From the NCBI GenBank assembly GCA_008933015.1, contig WBXH01000001.1:3576-67575 (forward strand): DNA of 64,000 nt, in the 5' to 3' direction. Positions 27,375 through 37,448 of this stretch are shown piece after piece (within the stretch, counting starts at the first letter, position 1; each line of letters opens with the position of its first letter). Both the position numbers and the translations under genes were made by a program. The notes beneath the pieces were generated by a model. The model was not told the origin of the DNA, made no database searches, and saw nothing but the letters and a program-made list of their open reading frames with translations. The DNA comes from Verrucomicrobiota bacterium. GTDB taxonomy: Bacteria > Verrucomicrobiota > Verrucomicrobiia > Chthoniobacterales > UBA6821.

Positions 27375-28376
27375 TTATTTCCCTCCCTTCTTAGAGGAAG
27401 GGGGTATTTTCAGCTTCTGACCGATTTGGATTTTCTTTGGATCAGTGATACCGTTGGCTTTAACAAGCTCATCCGGGGTAATTCTGAATTTTTTGGCTAT
27501 CTTGTAAGGACTATCCCCCTTTACAACGATATATTCTTTATCAAAGCTTTTTGTATCGGCAGCCTCAGCTTTAGCTACCGGTGAGCCCCCCTCAAGCTGA
27601 GCCGCAGGGACCTGATTCACGGACTGACTGACAGCAGGCTCAACTGATTCGACAATTTTCCCGGGCAACTTGAGTGATTGCCCCACTCTTAATACAGAGC
27701 TTTCAGTAAGCCCGTTTGCCTTCTCTAGGTCGGGAATAGTTACTCCCAGTGAGGCGGCGATTCGCGTCATCGTATCGCCCGACTTTACCGTATAGGGTTT
27801 TGTTGTATTCGTTAAAGGTGTAGAAACCTGCACTGCGTAATTAGTGGTTTTAGTTTCTTCACTATTCCCAGCAATACTTCCCGAAACAGAATTCTGGCTT
27901 TCACTAACAACAGGCGTGGCGGCGTGTAAATTTCCGGTAACAACACAAATTCCGGTGAGTCGCTGCATAGCAGACCTCGCATTAGCAATCAATCCACGAG
28001 GCTTAGTTGCTTCCTGATTCATGTTTGCCTTGGGAGCCTCCAATGTTTTTGCAACAATGGGCGTCTGTTTAAGCCGAGGAGGCTCGTTATCTGAATTTCC
28101 CCGCTTTGGTTCATTCTGACTTTTTTCCGGTGAGGAGGTGTCTCCATTAACTCCCGTCTTGGAGACCTTCACTGGTGAGCTTTTCCCAGCTTTCATCGAA
28201 TTGAATGCATAGAGGCCACCGACCGCGATGACGTGCAATAAAAGGACAACCATGAAAGCGTGGGATAGCTTCATGTTGGGCTCTGGGCCGTACTCCTCGT
28301 AGTCGGCTTCGTGTTGATTCATGACAGCGGCTCGCGCGCGTAGGCGTCGTGTGCGTTTTGGGATTTTCGGCATCAT
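27375..28376 (-). CDS. bitopic membrane protein with two C-terminal LysM peptidoglycan-binding domains
   Basis: 333 aa. It has a basic N-terminus (PKRTRRLRARA), one TM segment (FMVVLLLHVIAVGGLYAF), and a ~130-aa S/T/N/P-rich linker. Two LysM repeats follow (YTVKSGDTMTRIAASLGV...GQSLKLP and YIVVKGDSPYKIAKKFRI...GQKLKIP). Confidence 0.75.
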   Translation of the reverse strand: MMPKIPKRTRRLRARAAVMNQHEADYEEYGPEPNMKLSHAFMVVLLLHVIAVGGLYAFNSMKAGKSSPVKVSKTGVNGDTSSPEKSQNEPKRGNSDNEPPRLKQTPIVAKTLEAPKANMNQEATKPRGLIANARSAMQRLTGICVVTGNLHAATPVVSESQNSVSGSIAGNSEETKTTNYAVQVSTPLTNTTKPYTVKSGDTMTRIAASLGVTIPDLEKANGLTESSVLRVGQSLKLPGKIVESVEPAVSQSVNQVPAAQLEGGSPVAKAEAADTKSFDKEYIVVKGDSPYKIAKKFRITPDELVKANGITDPKKIQIGQKLKIPPSSKKGGK

Positions 28377-28427
28377 GTGTTTTGGTGTCTTGTTGGTGAT
28401 GTAGCTGATTATTGGTGTGTTAAAATA

Positions 28428-29795
28428 CTAGTACTCACTCAATTCGGGAGTTGATGATAATCGGTTGACCAGTGCCCTGAATGCTTCACCGCGTTCGATA
28501 TAATCGCGGAACATATCAAACGAAGAAGTTCCCGGTGAGAGCAGCACCGAACTACCTGAATCCGGATCGGCGATCCGCGAAGCAAGGAGAACAGCTTCCT
28601 CCATCGAATCGACGGTAGCGGATGGAACGGATGCCCACTCCTCGGAAATACGGTCCCGGATCTCACCGATCAAAATGGCAAAAGTTACACGCTCTTGAAC
28701 TAGCGGAGCGATCGGCGCAAACCCAAATCCCTTGTCCTTGCCACCAGCAATAAGGATGAGTGGTCCCTGAACAGATCGAATTGCCTGCTCCATGGCATCC
28801 AGGTTTGTTGCCTTTGAATCATTGATCCAGCGCACACCACGGTGTTCAGCGATAAGCTCGCATCGGTGAGCCGGTGTCTTGTAATTCCTAAGAACGCCAG
28901 TCAAGGTTGGGATTGTTGGTGTGATGCCCATGGCTCCTGCAAAGGCTGCCATCACATTGGCCGCATTGTGAGCACCTTTCATATTTGTCTCTTTCAGGTC
29001 GAGGATCATTATCCCCTTGTACAGGATCTCGGTGCCACGGAGCGTCAGGTCTGCGGAGCTCTCCTTTGTACTAAACGAGATCCTGCTGGCTTTTACCGAA
29101 GAAAATTCTTGTCCATGGGGTAGCACTGCGACGTCATCATGATGCTGGTTCTCAAAAATTCTCAGTTTTGCATCACGGTACTCCTTTAATGAGGGGTAAC
29201 GGTCGAGGTGGTTTGGACTCAAATTCAACCAGACTGCAACCTTGGGTCGGAATGTCCGAATCGTCTCCAGTTGGAAGGAACTCGTCTCGACAACCAAAGC
29301 GTCCCATACGTCACCCTTCAACAAGAGTTCTGACATAGGAGTGCCGATGTTTCCGCACGAGGATACATTGAGTCCTGCGCTCTCGAGTATCAGTGTGGTC
29401 AGTTCGGTCGTCGTAGTTTTCCCGTTACTACCAGTGATGGCAACAATAGGACAACTGCAAAGCGTGTAAGCCAACTCGAGTTCACCGATCAGAGGTATTC
29501 CCTTTGCTTTAATGTTTAGTACAAGTGCTGATTCTTCCTCTATTCCCGGGCTAATGATTGCCAACTCGTAACAGGCGGAGTCCTTCTCTGCATCTGGGCC
29601 TATCATCACATGAATGCCCTCCCTGCGAAGCGTCTCAGCTCGTTCTAAAAGATGGGGGCTATTCGAGCTATCATACACTGTCACAACCGCTCCACATTTC
29701 ATGAGGAGTCGAGCAGCGGCCATGCCGCTTCTTCCAAGTCCAAGCACACAGACTTTTTTTCCAAAATAGAAGCTGTTGCTTACGATGGGTGCCAT
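28428..29795 (-). CDS. murD: UDP-N-acetylmuramoylalanine--D-glutamate ligase
   Basis: 455 aa from the ATG at 29795 (MAPIVSN...VCVLGLGRSGMAAA), with GSNGKTTTT also present. The tracked upstream start at 29885 would overlap mraY by 88 nt. Confidence 0.9.
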   Translation of the reverse strand: MAPIVSNSFYFGKKVCVLGLGRSGMAAARLLMKCGAVVTVYDSSNSPHLLERAETLRREGIHVMIGPDAEKDSACYELAIISPGIEEESALVLNIKAKGIPLIGELELAYTLCSCPIVAITGSNGKTTTTELTTLILESAGLNVSSCGNIGTPMSELLLKGDVWDALVVETSSFQLETIRTFRPKVAVWLNLSPNHLDRYPSLKEYRDAKLRIFENQHHDDVAVLPHGQEFSSVKASRISFSTKESSADLTLRGTEILYKGIMILDLKETNMKGAHNAANVMAAFAGAMGITPTIPTLTGVLRNYKTPAHRCELIAEHRGVRWINDSKATNLDAMEQAIRSVQGPLILIAGGKDKGFGFAPIAPLVQERVTFAILIGEIRDRISEEWASVPSATVDSMEEAVLLASRIADPDSGSSVLLSPGTSSFDMFRDYIERGEAFRALVNRLSSTPELSEY

Positions 29796-29797
29796 TT

Positions 29798-30913
29798 TTA
29801 ACGCAGTTTGAGTGTGGCAAGACCTATAAATCCCAAAATAATTCCCATGATCCAGAAGCGGACCGTCACAGTACTCTCTTTCCAACCTGACAATTCAAAG
29901 TGGTGATGAAGCGGTGACATTTTGAAAATCCTTTTTCCAGTTAGCTTGAAGCTAGCAACCTGAAGGATGACTGATAATGCCTCGGCGACAAAAACGCCTC
30001 CTACCACCGCTAGGAGAAGCTCCTGTTTGCAACAGATGGCCAATATTCCGAGAAGGCCTCCGATGGCTAACGAACCGGTGTCTCCCATAAAAACTTTCGC
30101 GGGATGGCAATTCCACCAGAGAAATCCAAGTGATGCCCCTGCCAAGGCGAGACTCACCACAGCGAGTTCCCCTGAAAAATAGTAGTAGGGTATCTGCAAG
30201 TAGGTAGCAGCTTTGTAATTTCCGGCAAGATATGTAAAAACACCGAAGCAGATCCCTGTCATCACGGTGCATCCGGCTGCCAACCCGTCGAGCCCATCCG
30301 TTAAGTTCACGGCATTAGAAGAACCAACGATAATCAGAAGGTAGAAAAGATATGTCCAGAGCCCAAGATTGAGAACTGGTCCCTTCATAAAGGGGAGATA
30401 AAGTTCCTGAGCCTGCTTGGTGAGTGAGGGAGTCAGAAGAAAATAAGCGGTGATGCCTGCAGCAAGAAGGCATTGAACAAGAAACTTCAATCGACTGCTG
30501 ATGCCTATGGAGTTTTTTTTTCTTATTTTCAGCCAGTCGTCATAAAACCCCAATCCACCCAAGACTACCATCGTGACAAGCGCCAGCCAGACGAAGGGAT
30601 TGTCTGGACGTGCCCACAAAAATACGGAAACAAGCACGGCTCCTATCAAGAGGATGCCACCCATGGTCGGAGTTCCTTTCTTACTACCGTGCAGCTCATT
30701 CAGTCGATGAACCTCTTCAGCACTTCGTATCGGTTGTCCCAATTTGAGACTTACAAGCCCTCTGATCACCATCTCCCCAAAAAAAACACAGACCAAAAAC
30801 GCTGTGAGTCCGGCACCGAGCGCCCTGAAGGATATATATTGGAAGACATTCAACACCCTCGCTCCTCGAAACCAACCAAGGCAGTCCACAAAATGTGTGA
30901 GATAATAAAGCAT
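29798..30913 (-). CDS. mraY: phospho-N-acetylmuramoyl-pentapeptide transferase
   Basis: 371 aa, polytopic. It has the motifs KKGTPTMGG, NAVNLTDGLDGLA, GDTGSLAIGG and HHHFE. Confidence 0.95.
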   Translation of the reverse strand: MLYYLTHFVDCLGWFRGARVLNVFQYISFRALGAGLTAFLVCVFFGEMVIRGLVSLKLGQPIRSAEEVHRLNELHGSKKGTPTMGGILLIGAVLVSVFLWARPDNPFVWLALVTMVVLGGLGFYDDWLKIRKKNSIGISSRLKFLVQCLLAAGITAYFLLTPSLTKQAQELYLPFMKGPVLNLGLWTYLFYLLIIVGSSNAVNLTDGLDGLAAGCTVMTGICFGVFTYLAGNYKAATYLQIPYYYFSGELAVVSLALAGASLGFLWWNCHPAKVFMGDTGSLAIGGLLGILAICCKQELLLAVVGGVFVAEALSVILQVASFKLTGKRIFKMSPLHHHFELSGWKESTVTVRFWIMGIILGFIGLATLKLR

Positions 30914-32274
30914 TAGGAAAAATGTTGGATGACTTCTTCGAGCCGGGCACTCCGGCTTCCCTTAAACAGAATCACATCCCCGGAGACAGCAAGAGACGAG
31001 ACCAGGCGGGCTGCATCTTTATTATCACTGACGATGTGGACATCGCTGAATCCTTTTTCGACGGCTGATTTTGCCATGCTAGAAGCCTCTTCACCGATGC
31101 AAACAAGGATATCGCACATTGATACAGCTGACCTGCCCACCCGTGTGTATCCCTCAGCGGCATGTTCACCTAGTTCACCCATCCTACCCAAAACCGCGAT
31201 TTTACGTCCCGAATACGGCAGCGATCGTAAAGTTTCAAGCGCGGCAACCATCGAATCGGGGTTTGCATTGTAAGTATCGTCTAACAGGCAAACATTCCTC
31301 CTCATCTGCCTGCTGAGCCTTCCCTGAGAAGGCTTGATCTCTCCGAGCGCCAGAGCGCAGTCATCAAGAGATACATCGCATAGAAGGCCGGTTGCCACTG
31401 CAAGGAGGGCATTCCTTACCATATGTTTTCCGGGCACTGGGAGATAAGCCTCGCAACGGCCAAATTCCCCGCTGATATCAAAACGACTCCCATTGCCTTC
31501 ACTGACTAGGTTCTCTGCACGAAGATCCCCCACCTCAATCCCCACTTCAAGGATCCTGGCAGCTGTTCGCGACCGCAACTCGGACCTGAAATCATCCTCG
31601 AAAGGGATGATGCCAACTCCAGATGCTGGTAATTTTTCAAGCAGATCTCCCTTCTCCCGAGCAATCTCTTTGCGGCTCCCAAGATGCTCGATATGTGCTG
31701 TTCCAATACCCGTGATGATGGCGATTTGTGGTTGCGCCAATCCGGCCAAAGGAGAGATTTCCCCAGGGTGGTTCATCCCTATTTCCCACACGGCCGCCTC
31801 GTCATCGCGCACTGCCGCGAGAACTGATAGAGGGAGTCCTATGTGATTATTAAGGTTTCCCACCGTTGCCGTAACTCTTAATTTTTTTCTTAGAACGGCT
31901 GCCGTGAAATCTTTCGTTGAGGTCTTGCCACTGCTCCCCGTTATGACGACCGACTTTAAGGCTAATTGAGACCGCCATGCAGAAGCCATTAATGTCAGCC
32001 CGCTTAACGAATCGGATATTGAAAGGACTCCGAATTCTTTCGGTAGAGCTACCGGAACTTCTACATCGCAGAGGGCTCCAACCGCACCCTTTGATGCCGC
32101 TTCTACAAGATAGCAATTGCCGTCATGACGTTCCCCCTTGAGGGCCACATAAAGATCGCCTGGAAGCAGGCTCCTTGTATCAGTGCTGATTCTAAGTGCA
32201 GTCGCCGCAGGGTCACCCGCCAATTGGATCGCACCACTCATTTCAGCTAGTTGAGAGAGAGGCAGAGGATTCAT
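30913..32274 (-). CDS. murF: UDP-MurNAc-tripeptide--D-alanyl-D-alanine ligase
   Basis: 453 aa Mur ligase (ITGSSGKTSTK and DDTYNANPDS). Its stop shares 1 nt with the mraY start (TAATG). Confidence 0.9.
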   Translation of the reverse strand: MNPLPLSQLAEMSGAIQLAGDPAATALRISTDTRSLLPGDLYVALKGERHDGNCYLVEAASKGAVGALCDVEVPVALPKEFGVLSISDSLSGLTLMASAWRSQLALKSVVITGSSGKTSTKDFTAAVLRKKLRVTATVGNLNNHIGLPLSVLAAVRDDEAAVWEIGMNHPGEISPLAGLAQPQIAIITGIGTAHIEHLGSRKEIAREKGDLLEKLPASGVGIIPFEDDFRSELRSRTAARILEVGIEVGDLRAENLVSEGNGSRFDISGEFGRCEAYLPVPGKHMVRNALLAVATGLLCDVSLDDCALALGEIKPSQGRLSRQMRRNVCLLDDTYNANPDSMVAALETLRSLPYSGRKIAVLGRMGELGEHAAEGYTRVGRSAVSMCDILVCIGEEASSMAKSAVEKGFSDVHIVSDNKDAARLVSSLAVSGDVILFKGSRSARLEEVIQHFS

Positions 32275-33779
32275 TTGCTGGTTCCCGCAAGTGGTTTTGT
32301 CGCCATAGCACTGGCGGCAATCGCGACATCACTGAAAGGTTGGCGCCCTAACGCCGTTTCTTGAAATTTCTCATGCCCCTTTCCAGCAATAAGAACAATA
32401 TCCCGGGGGCCGGCAAGTTCCACCGCACGCTTAATGGCACTCTCCCTATCGACAAAAGTCTCATGGGAGCTTCCGCTGAACCCTTTCTCCACTTCACGCA
32501 GAATATTCATTGGATCCTCATGACGCGGGTTGTCTGAAGTCACGATCACCTTGTCTGAAAGTCCCTCGGCTATCGCTGCCATCAGAGGACGCTTTGAGCG
32601 ATCCCGATCCCCCCCACATCCGAAAACAGTCACTACCCTTGCCGGTTCAAGTTGGCGAATGGTCTTAAGGACATTTTCCAGCGCATCGGGTGTGTGCGCA
32701 TAATCCACATAAACTTGGAAGTTTCTCCTACCTGGAACGCTTTCCAGGCGTCCTGGCACCTGGGGTATCGTTGCTGCAGCCGCCACAATCCTCCGAAGTT
32801 CCAGTCCCATTGAGGAACAGGCGGCAATAGCGGCAAGGGTATTATAAATATTGAACAGACCGATCAATGGTGTTCTTACCAAATAACTCCTTCCCTTGGC
32901 GTCGAGACAGAAAGTACTGCCCTCGGCGGTGTATTTGATATTGCTTGCACGAAAATGACAGTTGCTCCCCTGGCCATAGGTGAATACAGGTACGCGAGCC
33001 AGACGATCGATCAAACGGTGACCGTACCGGTCATCCGCATTAATAATCGCTCTTCCTTTCTTTTCTTTTTGCTCTCCTAGCCGTGTAAACAGTGAGACTT
33101 TAGCCTCAAAGTACTCTTCCATAGAATGATGAAAATCGAGATGATCCAAAGTCAGGTTTGTAAAAACCGCCACATCGAATTCAAGATTCCGGACGCGATT
33201 CTGAACCAACGCATGGCTTGAAACCTCCATGGCTGCGGCACGAAACCCACCATCCCTCATTTGAGCAAGCAAACCGTGGAGCTCGAGTGATTCCGGAGTT
33301 GTGCGAGGCGCATCCTTGACGATTCCAGGAAGGATGTATTCCAAAGTTCCGATTAACCCAGAGGGTCTTCCAACGGTATTACACAGATGACGAATGATCC
33401 AGGACGTCGTTGTCTTTCCGTTGGTGCCCGTCACACCTGCCATAGAAAGCGAAAGCGAAGGGTTGCCATAAAATACAGAGGCGATATCGGCTATTGTTTC
33501 ACGGACTGAGGAAACCCGGATCAGCGGAATGATCAATTCAGACAACTCCATTTCTGAAACCACGGCACAGGCCCCACGTAATGCTGCTTCCTTTGCATGT
33601 TTCGTGGCATCTTCGACATTTTTTGCGAGAGATACAAAGAGATCACCCGTTTCCGTTGTTCGGGAATCACTACTTATTTCTGTTACGAATCCTGCAGGCC
33701 TTCCCGTGATCGAAATGATTCTCGTCTTGACAATGAGCTCCTCAATTTTCCAAGGACTTGATGGAGGCAATTCCCTCAT
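32271..33779 (-). CDS. murE: UDP-MurNAc-L-Ala-D-Glu--2,6-diaminopimelate ligase
   Basis: 502 aa Mur ligase (VTGTNGKTTT, VDYAHTPDAL, and the DNPR motif in the form SDNPRHEDP, which is typical of meso-DAP-adding enzymes). Confidence 0.9.
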   Translation of the reverse strand: MRELPPSSPWKIEELIVKTRIISITGRPAGFVTEISSDSRTTETGDLFVSLAKNVEDATKHAKEAALRGACAVVSEMELSELIIPLIRVSSVRETIADIASVFYGNPSLSLSMAGVTGTNGKTTTSWIIRHLCNTVGRPSGLIGTLEYILPGIVKDAPRTTPESLELHGLLAQMRDGGFRAAAMEVSSHALVQNRVRNLEFDVAVFTNLTLDHLDFHHSMEEYFEAKVSLFTRLGEQKEKKGRAIINADDRYGHRLIDRLARVPVFTYGQGSNCHFRASNIKYTAEGSTFCLDAKGRSYLVRTPLIGLFNIYNTLAAIAACSSMGLELRRIVAAAATIPQVPGRLESVPGRRNFQVYVDYAHTPDALENVLKTIRQLEPARVVTVFGCGGDRDRSKRPLMAAIAEGLSDKVIVTSDNPRHEDPMNILREVEKGFSGSSHETFVDRESAIKRAVELAGPRDIVLIAGKGHEKFQETALGRQPFSDVAIAASAMATKPLAGTSK

Positions 33780-33784
33780 GCTTA

Positions 33785-35527
33785 TTATCGAAGGCTGGCG
33801 GATTTACTTCCAGAATTTGCCGACTGCATCAAAGCACTTCCAGCTTCGGGCTCCAAATCAAGGTGTCGTACTGCCTGCCCCGCAATCTGTGAAAAAACAG
33901 GGCCCGCAACAGCACCTCCATAGTTCATGGATTCGCTAAGAGGTGCATCGTCGACGATGACTAGTCCCATTAGGCGTGGGCTCTCCACTGGCAAATACCC
34001 GGCAAAAGAAACGATGTAGCGGTTCTCAAAATAGCCTCCATGGGGGCTTATTTTTTGTGCCGTCCCCGTTTTGCCAGCTGCCGTAAATCCGTTGACACGT
34101 GCCAGTGCTGCAGTGCCCTGATCGCTGAGGACTGTCACAAGTGCCTGGGAGATGAATGAGGATGTCTTTTTTGAAATCACTTCCCTGATCGTCTCAGGAG
34201 CCTCCATTTTATCACCCTCACCTTTGTTCATGACAAGGCGCGGCTTCATAAGACTCCCACCGTTGGCTATGGTCGACATCGCCATGACCATCTGGATGGG
34301 GGTTACACAAACAGACTGGCCGAAAGCCATCCGCGATTTTGTCAATTTGTCCCATCGGTTGGGTGGATTTACCAATCCTGAGATTTCGCCTGGAAGGGGA
34401 AGTCCCGTCTTCTGACCAAAGCCAAATCTTCTGACGTAGTCGTAATATTTGTCATCGCTCATCCGAAGGGCGATTTTGGCAGCTCCCACATTGGAGGATT
34501 TCATCAGAATTTCTGGAATGGTAAGGTCGCCGCTTCCGTGATGGTCCTTGATGGTTTTTCCACAGAAGGAAAACCTACCGTTTTCACAAAAAATACGGGT
34601 GTTTTGATTTACGATTCCCTCATTGAATGCAGCTGATGTCACCACAATCTTGAAGGTTGATCCAGGCTCGTACATGTCACTGATGGCCCTATTTCTAAGC
34701 TTTTCCGGCGTTGCATCACCAAAGTGATTGGGGTCGTAGTTGGGACGACTTGCCATCGCCAAAATCTCTCCTGTAATGGGATCGGCCAAGATGGCTGTAG
34801 CAGCCACAGGGTGGAGTTTCTTATAAGTTGCATCGACTTCTTTTTCGGCTATTGCCTGAAGCCCCATGTCGATTGTCAGTCGTATGTCAGTACCATTTTC
34901 GGGCAACTGTTCCTGCCCGCGATAAACGACTATTTCACGCCCCTTACGATCATGCTCAATCCACCTGAATCCATCCTGTCCAGTCAGTTCATGATTGAAC
35001 ATCTTCTCGATCCCGTCTGCTCCGTGACCCGAGTGATCCACATAGCCCAGCACATGGCAGAGCATGTCGCAATTCGGATAGCTCCTTACGGACCCCTCTT
35101 CAAGGTAAAGTCCGTGGAGATTGGCACGATCCAAGGCTCTGATCATGTCATGAGCTTTGTCGTCGTTCATCACCTTTCGGATCACTACATACTTACTTTT
35201 GGTCGAGAGTTTCTGGGTGAGTTCCTTCACAGGGATTTCAAGAAAAGGTGCTGACACACTTGCGACCGCCGTAGGATCATGGATATGCGAACCATCGGCA
35301 TAAACCAATTGAACCGGAATATTCACAGCAAGTTCCTCGCCGTTCCTATCGAGAATACGTCCACGACGAGCAGGGATTACTTTTCTTCTGTCATTTTTCT
35401 CTGCTGCTATTCCTGAATAATAATCGTGTTTAAGCACCTGCAGGTAAATCAACCGCCAGGCAAATAACGTAAAAATCAAAGCCAGTAAACCGCAGACAAT
35501 GCCTATCCTGCTTCTGATTCCTCTCAC
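33785..35527 (-). CDS. ftsI: penicillin-binding protein 3-type peptidoglycan D,D-transpeptidase FtsI
   Basis: 580 aa. It has an N-terminal TM anchor, a PBP dimerisation domain, and the transpeptidase motifs STFK, SSN and KTGT. Confidence 0.9.
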   Translation of the reverse strand: MRGIRSRIGIVCGLLALIFTLFAWRLIYLQVLKHDYYSGIAAEKNDRRKVIPARRGRILDRNGEELAVNIPVQLVYADGSHIHDPTAVASVSAPFLEIPVKELTQKLSTKSKYVVIRKVMNDDKAHDMIRALDRANLHGLYLEEGSVRSYPNCDMLCHVLGYVDHSGHGADGIEKMFNHELTGQDGFRWIEHDRKGREIVVYRGQEQLPENGTDIRLTIDMGLQAIAEKEVDATYKKLHPVAATAILADPITGEILAMASRPNYDPNHFGDATPEKLRNRAISDMYEPGSTFKIVVTSAAFNEGIVNQNTRIFCENGRFSFCGKTIKDHHGSGDLTIPEILMKSSNVGAAKIALRMSDDKYYDYVRRFGFGQKTGLPLPGEISGLVNPPNRWDKLTKSRMAFGQSVCVTPIQMVMAMSTIANGGSLMKPRLVMNKGEGDKMEAPETIREVISKKTSSFISQALVTVLSDQGTAALARVNGFTAAGKTGTAQKISPHGGYFENRYIVSFAGYLPVESPRLMGLVIVDDAPLSESMNYGGAVAGPVFSQIAGQAVRHLDLEPEAGSALMQSANSGSKSASLR

Positions 35528-35928
35528 CTGTTCATGGTACGCGGGGACGCTTCAGTATCGAACCGGCTATCCGGATCGTGGGAAGCGGTGCGCAAAACCC
35601 CATCAGGTTCCGCCGGTTGAGCCGGTGTGATTCGGGCGATTGCTGTATCTCTGATGCCCTCAAGTTTCAGATAACCTTCCTCCAGTCGTCGCTGAAGCGC
35701 ACCACGCGAAGTCATACCGGTAATTTTAGCATCAAGTGATGCATTTAAAGCTTCCGCCTCTCTGAGTTCGCTTTCAATCCCCCGAGTTTGATCACCGATC
35801 GAATGTTGCTGATTTTTGAGATAAACGAAAAACAGTCCTGCCAATCCAATCATGAAAACGAGTACAAGCCATCTCGCCAGAAAGTTAACCTCTATGGTGT
35901 TGCTTGGTCGCCGGCGGTTCTGATTCAT
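35524..35928 (-). CDS. FtsL-like bitopic cell division protein
   Basis: 134 aa in the canonical ftsL slot between rsmH and ftsI. It has a short basic N-terminus, one TM segment, and then a coiled-coil-like segment. The call rests on position and architecture only. Confidence 0.55.
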   Translation of the reverse strand: MNQNRRRPSNTIEVNFLARWLVLVFMIGLAGLFFVYLKNQQHSIGDQTRGIESELREAEALNASLDAKITGMTSRGALQRRLEEGYLKLEGIRDTAIARITPAQPAEPDGVLRTASHDPDSRFDTEASPRTMNR

Positions 35929-36866
35929 GCTGCCCCCTTTTTTTGTGGTGTCAACAGGCGCTCGACGACACGCAAGCGTGCGCTTCGTGAGCGGGGGTTC
36001 CGTTCAAGCTCAACCGGTGAAGCAGTGATCGATCTAGGAGTAAGGGTATCGAACAACAGATCTGGGTTCGGTCGGGCTGACGGCCATGTCGGATCATCAA
36101 TTTCAACAAGGGAGTGCCTCCGGAAAAAATGCTTCACAATCCTATCCTCAAGCGAATGAAACGTGATGACGGCCATTCTGCCACCCGGCGCCAGAAGGTT
36201 CCCAAAGGAAGGAAGAGCTCGCTCAAGGGATCCGATCTCATCGTTCACGGCGATCCTAAGAGCTTGGAAAACTCGTGTTGCCGGATGCCTTGGCCCCGAT
36301 CTTCCCGCTGCTATGAGTTCTGCAAGCTGCCTGGTGGAACTGATGGCCCCGTGTTGACGTGCGCGGACAATACGTGCTGCAAACTGTATGGCCCTTGGCT
36401 CATCACCATATTCACGGAATATCCGTGCTAGTTCGGAAGCCTCCAAGGTATTCACTATATCGGCTGCCGTCAGCCCACTCTTGGCCATTCGCATGTCCAA
36501 GGGGCCTTGACTTTGGAATGAGAATCCTCTCTCCGCTGTATCAAGCTGGTGCGAGGAGACTCCTAGATCGAGCAGGATCCCATCAAGTTTCTCTATTCCA
36601 AGAGTGGCCAGAATCCGCGGAGCCTCAGCAAAGTTTCCTTCAACGGCAGTGAAGAGATCTCCATAGGAGGTGAGCTTCTTCCGACTATAGTGGAGGGCAT
36701 CAGGATCGCGATCAAAACCAACAACTCTCGCCCCACCATGCAGTAGTAGTGAACTGTGCCCTCCTCCACCAAGAGTTCCATCTACAATGGTACGCCCCAT
36801 CGCAGGGCGAAGGAAATCAATCACCTCGGCCGATAAAACTGACTCGTGATGGAAGGAGGCGTTCAT
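35925..36866 (-). CDS. rsmH: 16S rRNA (cytosine1402-N4)-methyltransferase
   Basis: 313 aa from the ATG at 36866 (MNASFHHESVL...). It has the motifs DGTLGGGGHS, DLGVSS.QLD and SFHSLEDRIVK. Confidence 0.9.
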   Translation of the reverse strand: MNASFHHESVLSAEVIDFLRPAMGRTIVDGTLGGGGHSSLLLHGGARVVGFDRDPDALHYSRKKLTSYGDLFTAVEGNFAEAPRILATLGIEKLDGILLDLGVSSHQLDTAERGFSFQSQGPLDMRMAKSGLTAADIVNTLEASELARIFREYGDEPRAIQFAARIVRARQHGAISSTRQLAELIAAGRSGPRHPATRVFQALRIAVNDEIGSLERALPSFGNLLAPGGRMAVITFHSLEDRIVKHFFRRHSLVEIDDPTWPSARPNPDLLFDTLTPRSITASPVELERNPRSRSARLRVVERLLTPQKKGAA

Positions 36867-36973
36867 GGTTTTAGGAATCCGGGAATTGGTCGGTGAAGCC
36901 AGATCGTGGTGCGCTCTATGAAATCTGTTCCTAAGGAGATTGAATGGGAGTCGCGTCATCTGGTCACGGTGGT

Positions 36974-37426
36974 CTAAAGCCCTATTAATTCAGCCACCTG
37001 GCGGTAAGAGTTGGATTCCTCAGCAGAAACCGCAGCCCAGCGTTTGGTATTCCAGATTTCAAAACGGCTGCGACCACCCACGAGGACGACCTCCCCCTCA
37101 AGCATCAGCAAATTACACTGCTCTTCGGGAAGTAAGATCCGCCCGTTACTGTCAGCCGATACGGCTCGGGCCTGACTGTAGAATTGGCGGATCGCTTTTC
37201 GTTGAACATCATTGGGAAGTCCGCTTGCCCTAATGCGCTCTTCCCAAGCATCGAATTCAAGGGGAGGCATGATCATCAGATACTCGCCGGAAGGTGCAGG
37301 AATCGCGTGAAATCCGCTCACACCGCCATTCAGCCAGGCGGCAGGAATGGTCACCCTCTTCTTCGAGTCCATGGACCTCTCGAAGGTACCCGCATAACTG
37401 ATTGAATTTGGAAGTGTTGTGGGCAT
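36974..37426 (-). CDS. mraZ: transcriptional regulator MraZ
   Basis: It has two SpoVT/AbrB-like halves with the DxxxR motifs (MDSKKRVTIP and ADSNGRILLP). I chose the ATG at 37426. The tracked GTG at 37453 lies inside the upstream GTGGN repeat array. Confidence 0.85.
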   Translation of the reverse strand: MPTTLPNSISYAGTFERSMDSKKRVTIPAAWLNGGVSGFHAIPAPSGEYLMIMPPLEFDAWEERIRASGLPNDVQRKAIRQFYSQARAVSADSNGRILLPEEQCNLLMLEGEVVLVGGRSRFEIWNTKRWAAVSAEESNSYRQVAELIGL

Positions 37427-37448
37427 GTATGAAACAGAGGGTGAATAA

